NCBI GenBank assembly: GCA_946965045.2
Contig: OX337229.1
Coordinates: 6,076,001 to 6,140,000, forward strand
DNA from: Epithemia pelagica
Lineage: Eukaryota; Protista; Bacillariophyta
Length of the DNA: 64,000 bases
Direction: 5' to 3'
Numbering within the stretch: position 1 is the stretch's first letter; the number at the start of each line of letters is the position of its first letter. Under the pieces are notes generated by a model. The model did no database searches. It had not been told where the DNA came from and saw only the letters and a program-made list of their open reading frames with translations. Positions 22,991 through 32,603 of the stretch are shown piece by piece. The position numbers and the translations under genes are program-made.

Positions 22991-25900
22991 ATGACCCTGT
23001 CGTAGTTGTTGCCTCGTCGCTTGGCGACTGCCCTTGTCGTCATTGGTCGATCCTTTTCGACGGCCTTGTCGTCGTCGTCAACACGACGCTTGTCCTATGC
23101 GGAATCCTTACCCTGGGCCACCAAAAGGGTGGAAGCATTTTCCCCATCTGCTTCCACGACGACGACCGTTGTAGTCCCAAGGAGGAGGAATCTGGGAATC
23201 TTGTCGTCGTCCCTTGCACAACAACAACAACAACAACAACAAGAAGAACCGGATAAAGAATCAGCGGCACTGGAAAATGAGCTTGATGCTGCGCAAGCAC
23301 TCCTCCGTGGCGACGAGTATTCCTTGCTGGAAAAATTGATTCAAGATCGAGACGCCGACATTGCCAATGTTATCGATAGTCGTAGCATCGACAATGAGGG
23401 CAACAGCAGCTGCAGCAGTGCCAGTGACAGTGACGTAAATGTTCACAGCAAAGCAAAAGTCGACCAACCCTTGAGTTACCCAGAGTTTCTAGCCTATGTG
23501 TTGAATGCTCTGGTGGAGGATAAAAAGTGGATGAATGTGGTTTCCGTCACTGTTGACTGGGGTGAGAATCTCTTCTCAGCAAAGAACTATGGGTCAGCAG
23601 AGAAACTCTTGGAGGCGGTAACCGATCCGGCCGTCGAAGGAAAAGAACTGCAACTGATAGTCTCTTTTCGGAGCGGTGAAGACGTTAGAGGACAATATAT
23701 TGTCTTCTACCAAGACAAAGACGAGTACACCAGGTACACCGCCGACAAGGCACTGGGTCGAATCAAGGGAAACAGGGACGAATTCAAGAAATTTTGCGAG
23801 CCGCAGCTCCTACCTATCCGAGATAGCGATGAGAACGGCGTTCTCCCCACAAAAAGGGAATACGTACAAGTTCATGGCGTCAATGAATTTGACAATCCAG
23901 ACAGCAACATCCAAAACGACAAATCGTATGCGTTGGTGGTGGCCGGAGAAAGCGGCAGTGGTAAATCTGTATTTTCTTGCCTTGAATCAATGGAGCGTGG
24001 TTTTACCCCACTGTACATGTTGCTACGCATGAATAAAAACAAAAGGGAGAACGAGGGAGAGGACAAGAAAGGGGACGAAGAAAGCAACAAAGAGGAGAAA
24101 GAAGAGGGCAAGAGGACCGATGTTTCCGAGATTTACCCCAGGAAACCAAACAATGAGTTTCCACGCATACATAAGTTTTTGCAGGGGGTCCTAAACGTTC
24201 ACAAAGAAAAGAGCAGCAATCATATTGATGTCATCTATAGCTTGAAGACCAAGCTAAACGTATCACGAAACAACTGGGCGAGGGAGATTCTCAAACAAGC
24301 TTTCAAGAAATTTTGTGAAGGCGATGCAAACGCCCGATCATGGAGTGAGGGTTGTTGGTCGAGTGATGCATTGCCAAGTAAGGTTGCACTGATTCTTGAC
24401 GAGGCAACGGATATTGATCTGGTCGAGGGCTTGATTGACACTGTGAGGCAGACGTACCGCGAGATGGATGGTTTAGTCAAGGAACAGATCATTCTTGTCC
24501 TGGTGGGCACTGGTTTGGATTTAATCCGTGATGGCAATCAGGTAGGAACAAACCCTGCCTATAGCAGGCTAATTCGAATGAAAGGACCAGATCTGACAAG
24601 AAAGGGGACGAAGAAAGCAACAAAGAGGAGAAAGAAGAGGGCAAGAGGACCGATGTTTCCGAGATTTACCCCAGGAAACCAAACAATGAGTTTCCACGCA
24701 TACATAAGTTTTTGCAGGGGGTCCTAAACGTTCACAAAGAAAAGAGCAGCAATCATATTGATGTCATCTATAGCTTGAAGACCAAGCTAAACGTATCACG
24801 AAACAACTGGGCGAGGGAGATTCTCAAACAAGCTTTCAAGAAATTTTGTGAAGGCGATGCAAACGCCCGATCATGGAGCGAGGGTTGTTGGTCGAGTGAT
24901 GCATTGCCAAGTAAGGTTGCACTGATTCTTGACGAGGCAACGGATATTGATCTGGTCGAGGGCTTGATTGACACTGTGAGGCAGACGTACCGCGAGATGG
25001 ATGGTTTAGTCAAGGAACAGATCATTCTTGTCCTGGTGGGCACTGGTTTGGATTTAATCCGTGATGGCAATCAGGTAGGAACAAACCCTGCCTATAGCAG
25101 GCTAATTCGAATGAAAGGACCAGATCTGCAGCAACTTGAAAAGATAAGCGTGATAAAACCAGAAGTAAGTCGGGCAGTATCCAACGGGCTGTTCTCTCGA
25201 GTTCTCCAGACCAACGCAAGAATGCTCTTTAGAGGGATCCTCCCCGTTCTTCGGCAAGGTTTTCACTCAGTCGACGGTGACTTTGATCCTCAAGCGAAGA
25301 CAAGACGATACGAGGAAAGATTGAAGGCAATCGCATCGTTTGGCCCACTCATGGATTACGGGGTCAGGTTCTTTGTCGCCCAGAATATTGTGGGTGACTT
25401 GTCCTCACAGAGGCGTGATGAGTTGTTGAAAGAATCCTTTGTGTATCATCTATCGACGGCGATTGGACCACCACTGAGAGCACACGCAGCTGTCTCGAAA
25501 ATTCGACAGATTGAGCTAGAGAAAGTGAAAAACCTCAGGAAGCCTTCAAACGAGATCTTCAAAGTGGGCCTTGCTGTCAAGTCGGGTACCTCAGCAGCTC
25601 TCAAATACATGTCCTGTTTTGGTTTAACCTGTCCTATCCGACCCTCATTTGGCAATGAGTTGGAAGAGTTGACCGCTTTACATTACCAGCGTTTAATGGA
25701 AATCCACGGATATCGTTCGCGGCGTGTCACGCTGCGGTATGCATGGCCACCTGTGTCCAACAAACATGATGACAATATTACCGCCACGGTCATTGCGGAT
25801 CTGAAAGAGAAGCTAGCAAAGCAATCGGCGATGGAGCTACCTAACCTTTCGGTCGGACAAGAAAATGGTCGGGAGTGCATTGTCTTTTCCCAAGGAACAG

Positions 25901-26355
25901 CTTCTGCGCAAGGTGGGGATGTCCTTGCTCTTCTTTTCGACAACAAAAACAAGACCGGTGAGCTAGTGAAGATTCAATGCAAACATCATAGGACAATGGC
26001 GAGTGCCGAAAAAATTAAATCCTGGTGGGCATCCCTCGGAATTTCATTTCAAAATAGCGATTTCAGCCCCAAAGTTGGTAAAGCTGGATACTCTTACACT
26101 GGTCTGGAGGCCCTGCGCAGTCTGTTGGAGACAAGGTTACAGCAACAGCATCCATCGGCAAAAATATCTCTAGGTGATCGCATCATGGCGTGTAGCTTCC
26201 GCGTACCGCCTACTGCAGAATTCCCTATTCCCGAATACAAGCACGCCCGTGTTTGGTTTCGTGAAATGTTGGAACCGACCATATCCACATTTCAACTCCG
26301 TGACACCGAGGAGGAGGAGGAGGAGGAGGAGGAGGAGGAGGAGGAGGAGAACTAG
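22991..26355 (+). pseudogene. Crinkler/RHS-type P-loop NTPase plus PD-(D/E)XK nuclease, disrupted
   Basis: LVVAGESGSGKS (Walker A), ALILDEA (Walker B), TNARM, then FGNELEELTA, GGDVLAL and IQCKH (REase signature). ATG 22991 is followed by TAG at codon 5. The 533-bp duplication shifts the frame. Confidence 0.75.
24062..25127. repeat. 533-bp tandem duplication inside the NTPase gene (24062-24594, 24595-25127)
   Basis: Copies look identical except agt/agc (synonymous Ser). Track ORFs 24235 and 24768 are identical and 533 bp apart. Confidence 0.95.
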
Positions 26356-26911
26356 GTTTGAAGGTGAGGAAGTGTGAGGAAGAATCTTTTTGAAACTCAA
26401 CGACGGAAGATCACGAAGCACGAATACGTGTGTGGTGTTACTAAGGTGTTCGTGCTGATTTTCCAAGACGAAACGCTTAACATCCATGTTGTCCCGGTCA
26501 GTCTTCTACATTTTCACTCCACCGTCAGTGGGATGACGAGGAATGCCGAGTGCCTCGCATGCATCATCGACAACCCGAGGTCCAGCAAGAACACTTTTTG
26601 TTTAATAATCTTCATCATTGATGCCACCCTCAAGTAAGAAGGACGGAAGTTGTGCGCCTACTACTCGTGGATTAGAGACTACTCGTGGAATAGAGATATA
26701 GCCCGTAGTTGACAAACTTACTCTAGACAACCTCACTCATGTGCTATTTGCTATACACACTCACCTCCCGTTTCCTCAGCCCAATATCAGGGTTCGAGTC
26801 TTTCCATTGTATTTGTGTTGTGGGTATGATGGTTTGCAATCCTTTCATAACCTGTGTTATCTATCTAGGTAGATACTTGCGCGCGCATTGACTCATCATT
26901 GTGTTGTGTCG

Positions 26912-29202
26912 TCAAGTTCTCCGTCGTTTGCGGCCCGATTCGTTTCGTGCTGATGCCCTCGGAGCGGGTGGTGGTTGTGGAGCCGAGTTGGCGACGTTTT
27001 GTTGGTCGTAGGCTTGTTTCATGCGGCCCATATTGGCCTTGGAAATGACACTGTGATCCACCTGGGGGCGTTCAAAGAAAAAGCGTCAGAAAATTGAGTC
27101 AACCATCATAGCACCCAACGAGAACAAACCACAACGACGACATTATCTATGAGACTTACAATGGGCGGTGGATAATCCTTTCCAATGACAAGACCGCATT
27201 TTCGTTGTACCTCAATAGGTGCCTCCCACGGTGTATAGATAAAAGCTTTGGGCATGTTCTTGAATTGAGGGAGCCATTTGCGAATGTAATCGCCGTTCCT
27301 ATTGTTGTTGTGGTGGTGTTTGTGGTGAGACGCTTGTGGTGAGAAGCGTCGTAATGAAAACAAGTGGGACCACAGGACGACGCCAAACCTGCCTGTCCGG
27401 CGGTATACTTACGGATCCGTCTTTTTGCCAAAGGCCACGGGGCTATAACAGCGAAAGTACTGATAAAAGTGTGCGGTACACGACAGCCATTGCCAATTGA
27501 AATTGTTAATACTCCAATCAGCATCAATCAACAATTCTTCAAATACTTCTGCTCCCTTTTCCTGTGTGTGACGTACAAGGAGAGATACGACAGAGTGTTG
27601 TGCAATCAAAAATGAGACGACAACTGACACACGCGAAAAGGAACTACTGCTGCACGTACCCAAGATTGCCACAAATCCCCTCGGGTCAAAAAGCATGCCA
27701 CAGCATGTCGTGCCAAATGATGAATCCATCCCGTTTCCCGTAGTTGCGTCATGATGGCATCGATAAAGGGATATCCCGTTTGCGAATTCCGCCAGGCCTG
27801 GAGCAAGGCGGGATCATCGTCCCAGGGAATTTGACGCGCCACGGGATTGTCCACCATATGATCAAAGTTGGGGGTACTGTAGCCCATGAGATAGTTGTAT
27901 TCGCGCCACAGGAGTTGACCATGCAAGGAGACGGGGGGTTTGGATCGTTCCCGGGCGGGGAATTTGGCATAGACGGCCGACAAGGCATGAAAAAAGCGAC
28001 GCGGTGACACACAACCATGTTTGACATCTAGAATATATAATACACAGACAGTGGAAAGGCAGATCCACACACACACACAAGAAAAACGCCAGCAACATGA
28101 GGGGACGTACGGCGCATTCACATATATGGTGCGGTGCATTCGTTCGGTTCGGTTGTGACTTACAGGGACTCAAGCCGGTCGTATCGACCGTCAAGGCATT
28201 GGGACTTGTCTTGGGTTTTTCAAACGTGGCGACCCAATGATGACGTTGCATCATGGTATCCAAAAGTTGTAGACCGGCCGTTTCTCCACCCAGAAAGTCG
28301 ATACCACCCTTGCCGCGGTGTTTCAATCCATCCTCCTGTTGCTGCTCCGTACTAGTATATCCCAAGTCGGTCAAGGAAGGAATGGCAAAGGCATTATTCT
28401 CCTTGCTAGTGTCAGAGTCTCGACGAAGGAGGAAGCCTAGTTTGGAACTCAACACGTCCCGACTCGGAGGAGGGGGCAGCTGGGTCACGGGTTCCACCTC
28501 GGGAGGGACTGTCAGGCTTTGGAAAATCTTGGTAAAGCCACCATAGGTGGAGGGAGCGACCTGCAATCCTCATCATTGTCGAGAGAGCGAGCGAGAGAGA
28601 TGCCGGTTGAAACAAATAAGACTGTGTTGGTATATCGTCCTTCTTGCACAATTGGAAATCGTTGCTTTCGCATTTTGCCAAACACGACAACCAACGACGT
28701 ACCTGTTGTTTGCAGTTGCTTAAATACGTGTCGAGCGGAAACAAGGTTTGGGAATCAAAGGCTCGAATGTCACACGATGCTAGTTTCTGGACGTTTTGGC
28801 GGACTTGTCGATCGACGGCCCGTACGGGAGCGGCCATGTCCTTTTCGTAAAACAAGGCTTGGGCCTTGAGGGCTTGCACGACTTGAGGAATAACCTCTCG
28901 GGGATCTCCCAGGACGACACACAATTGCTGTTGTTGTTGTTGCAGTTGGGTATTGAGTTCGTACAAACTTTCCAAGACGAAATTGGCCCGAAGGATTCCG
29001 GCCCGACGATGTGTGGTTTGTGCAAAGGGGGCTTCCGGATCAATCACGACCAAGGGCAAGACGGAGTGGGACGATTGACTGGCGGCCAACAACGAGGGAT
29101 TGTCGTGCAGACGCAATCCATTGCGAAACCAATGAATGGACAAGTCATAGTGCTTCTCCGTCGTTGTCGTTGTCGTCGTCGTTGTATCGGTGGAGCTCCC
29201 CA
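26912..29202 (-). CDS. CPF1: Cryptochrome/(6-4) photolyase family protein (CPF1-like), 6 exons
   Basis: HWFRNGLRLHDNP, WIHHLARHAVACFLTRGDLW, NGDYIRKWLP. Inferred exons 29202-28703, 28560-28164, 28027-27660, 27561-27413, 27298-27160, 27061-26912 with GT-AG introns. C-terminal GRKRRRT NLS. Confidence 0.92.
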
Positions 29203-29724
29203 TGGTCTGCCACACGGCGGTTCGCCTTGTCGTGGTGGTTGCAAAGGACGACGATCGACCCGAGAGGAGCGAGAGGCAACTCACAATGGATGCTGCTCTC
29301 GTCGTAAAGAATGGCTTCCACACTTTGACAGATTTTTTTTCTTCTTCTTCCTCCGCTGGCGGAACGTTCCGTGTTACAAAGGCTTCGTTTCACTTGTCAC
29401 TCGTCGCGGCTGTTTCTCGTTGAATGTTACAAATCATTTAGACCACTTTGGTGATTGCCATGTTCTGCTCGTTGGGAGATGTGAGATGCGCTGTCTCATT
29501 CTCTCTTTGTCATGGTGTCGACGCGTGCGTGGTGATCTTCCGAATGAGGAACGGTCTGTTTGTGCGACCGATCCTCTCACTCATAATGACCGGCCGGCGC
29601 TCTATCGCACGAGTACAGCTTCTAGGTCGCGTGTATTTTGGATTCGGAACCATTTCTCAACCGCCCATGCAATCGTATAGTCGTTGTGATCTTTTATTCT
29701 TCACCACAACGAAGGAGACGGACC

Positions 29725-32202
29725 ATGCGCCATGTCCTTCCGGCACTCCTCCAATCAATGGCCGCCTGCTGGACGAGTAATAGGAGTATTATTCGGGGAT
29801 TCGCCGGATACCGCAGGAGAATCCGTACTGCTGCCAGTCCACCAGTATCATGGCACGAGAAGAAGAAGAACCACAACGTGATTCTGGGTGGTACCTGGAC
29901 CAGAAGGACGACGACGACAACAACGAGTTGTTGTTGTTTTGTGCCACTACTCGTGGATGCACCAATCCATGCCCATCCACGACAGCACCAACCACAAGGA
30001 CAACGACGGCCAAGGTTGTCCAATACGGTTTGGGCGGTCCACCGGAATCCAACGAGACCAACACGTGTTCGATTCTTCTCCTCCTCCGTCGACAAGGACG
30101 ACGACCCGACTGCTGCTGCTCCTGCCAAGGATGATGGATGGACCCAGGATCTCCGAGCCTGTTGGCAAGCAACCAGTTTTACAGCCAATCCTCACAGTGA
30201 CCCGGCCATGGATGGCATTTTGCAAGGTCTCGTCTCCCCCGCACCCCAAAGTTTGTTTGTATTGGAACGAGCCATTCAAAAGGCAACAACCCCATCAAGC
30301 ACACCAACAAGCACCAGCACCCGCCATTCTTCAGTTGGTGGGCAAGACGAAACCACTCGTCGTCGTATCCTGCTGGGTCCAGCACTGGCTCCCTTTACCT
30401 ATTTGCTCAAACAAGGCTATCACTTTTCGAAACCATCCGCCCTGGCCGCCACCCAACACAACAACAGTAGTGGGATTGTTGCGGGTGTGGATTGGACCAT
30501 TCGACCCATTGCTCCACAGGACGACACGAATGTCGACACCGACAAGAACAACAACAACAATGAATTGTGGGAACCCTTATTCGATTCCACGTCGAACCAA
30601 CAACAACAACATTGGGGCTGTCGAGCCTTGGCCGAACACTTGTTGGACTATATTCAGACGGAATCGCACGCGCAACGACCCATTGACGAATCTGTCGTGA
30701 CGGCCCACGTGGATCAAATCGAAGGTCGATTGCAGCAAACCTTGGGGACCGATGTCCGAGGCCGGACGGCGGCCGATACCCTGTTTTGTCTAGCCGTGGC
30801 CGGTGTCACGCGCCACAGGTTGTACAATCAACTCTTGGAGATTTGTGGGTTGGAATTGCAACGCACGGGACCTCGAGTGTCACATCGCGTCCGTGATATT
30901 CGACACGTGGTGGAAAAAGTCGCCGCTTCGGGCCTGGTCGGACCCCACGTGCAAGCCTTTTACCACGTGGCGGGAACCTGCAAACCACCACCACCAACGA
31001 GCCATGACAACAACAAGCGCCCAACCAAGGACCAGATCCGGGATGAAACCGTCTTGCAACAAATTCGAGACGAGGCACGGTTGCTCCATGCCTTGTCGCC
31101 GCGACCCTTGATGTGGATGTGGAAATTTTCCAAGCGTCAACCCAAAGCCAAGGAACAACGACAGCAACAAGGACGACGACAGGGTCCTTCTTCTTCTTCT
31201 TCTTCTTCTTCTTCTTTGGATCGTAGTAGTAGTTCCCAAGCCCACGAGGGTGGACCACCAGTACGCGTGTTGTACGAAACCAAGTGGTTGGACCACTTCC
31301 AGGCCAATACAACCACAGCAACAAAACCACTGGTCGTGGATCTGGGATGTGGATTTGGAGCTTCCTTGTTGGGACTGGCCAGTTTGGAGAATTCTGTTAC
31401 ACCCACCAATGTCGTCTTGCCGTCACATTTACCCTCCACCAGCAGCCCGGCGGATGCTGCCGCCTTGGCATGGTCCGAGTGTCACTTTGTGGGCTGTGAC
31501 TTGTCTCAATTGGCCATTCGATATGGTCGGGGCATGGCACACCGATGGGGATTGGAGGACCGATTGCAATTTTGTCATGCGTCGGTCCAACATGTGTTGG
31601 AGCAAGTCGAACACGAGTATTCGGGACCAGTCGCCGGCATTTTGATTCAATTTCCGTCGCCCTATCGACTGCCAGTTGGAGGAGAAGAATCATCCTTCTT
31701 GTCCAGTGGCAATAGCCAATTGCCCACTGATACAAAGTCTGGATTCATGATTACAAACGACTTGATGATGCAAATTGTTCGTATCCTCACAAAATCGCAA
31801 GGACACTTGCTCATTCAATCCAATTGTGAAGATGTGGCCATTCATTTACAGAAATTGGCCAAGGATTGTGGAATGCAAAACATTGTTCTGGATCCACCCA
31901 ATAGTAGTAGCACTGCCAAAACGACCGCGAAACAAGACAAGGATGTCCAAACCCCCAGCAACCACCATGACAACAACAACAACGGGATGGAAGAACGATT
32001 GACGGAACGAACACGACGATGGCTAGAGCTACTGGGTGACGATGCAACCACCATGGATCGGGCCAGAGGTCCGGAATGGTCCTCGGTGCCCTTGTTACCA
32101 CCAGGGTGTCGAACGGAAACAGAAGTTTCGTGTGAATTCAATGGCACTCCCGTCCATCGATGTATCCTGAGACCCGCACCGAAGCAACGGCGTCGTCCTT
32201 GA
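29725..32202 (+). CDS. SAM-dependent methyltransferase (TrmB-like C-terminal domain) with long N-terminal region
   Basis: Long intronless ORF. LVVDLGCGFG, FVGCDLS, ILIQFPSP and LIQSNCEDVA resemble the tRNA m7G methyltransferase fold. Confidence 0.7.
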   Translation: MRHVLPALLQSMAACWTSNRSIIRGFAGYRRRIRTAASPPVSWHEKKKNHNVILGGTWTRRTTTTTTSCCCFVPLLVDAPIHAHPRQHQPQGQRRPRLSNTVWAVHRNPTRPTRVRFFSSSVDKDDDPTAAAPAKDDGWTQDLRACWQATSFTANPHSDPAMDGILQGLVSPAPQSLFVLERAIQKATTPSSTPTSTSTRHSSVGGQDETTRRRILLGPALAPFTYLLKQGYHFSKPSALAATQHNNSSGIVAGVDWTIRPIAPQDDTNVDTDKNNNNNELWEPLFDSTSNQQQQHWGCRALAEHLLDYIQTESHAQRPIDESVVTAHVDQIEGRLQQTLGTDVRGRTAADTLFCLAVAGVTRHRLYNQLLEICGLELQRTGPRVSHRVRDIRHVVEKVAASGLVGPHVQAFYHVAGTCKPPPPTSHDNNKRPTKDQIRDETVLQQIRDEARLLHALSPRPLMWMWKFSKRQPKAKEQRQQQGRRQGPSSSSSSSSSLDRSSSSQAHEGGPPVRVLYETKWLDHFQANTTTATKPLVVDLGCGFGASLLGLASLENSVTPTNVVLPSHLPSTSSPADAAALAWSECHFVGCDLSQLAIRYGRGMAHRWGLEDRLQFCHASVQHVLEQVEHEYSGPVAGILIQFPSPYRLPVGGEESSFLSSGNSQLPTDTKSGFMITNDLMMQIVRILTKSQGHLLIQSNCEDVAIHLQKLAKDCGMQNIVLDPPNSSSTAKTTAKQDKDVQTPSNHHDNNNNGMEERLTERTRRWLELLGDDATTMDRARGPEWSSVPLLPPGCRTETEVSCEFNGTPVHRCILRPAPKQRRRP

Positions 32203-32603
32203 CGAGAGAGAAAGAGAGAAAGAGAGGAGAGGAGAGCGAAGCATTCCTGTACTATACGTACAAAAATAGCAGCATCATCAGCACAGGGGGAAACTGGGGA
32301 TTTTCATGTCCATGTACAGGATGATACGGAAACACGAATACAGACTACAGACGGAAAACAGAAATCACCAAATGACGAGACTTGAACCTTACAAATTTGG
32401 AATTGACTTCACAATGGATGAATGTGGTTGAGTATTAGGTTCATCATCCTGACTCTCCCAGACAGATACGAATCGTGATCTTTCGAGACACAAAGTTTTG
32501 TTGTTGGGCATACCGAGACACCTCCTATCGCATCCATCTCGACGATTCGTCACTCAGACTGCTGCATCTATTTGTACAAGGGCTATGCCTATAGAACATT
32601 ACG

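Noticed and set aside
28796-29680. 294-aa plus-strand ORF and similar long antisense ORFs (32572, 50834, 55272, 59556)
   Set aside because: Antisense shadows of well-supported genes on the opposite strand.
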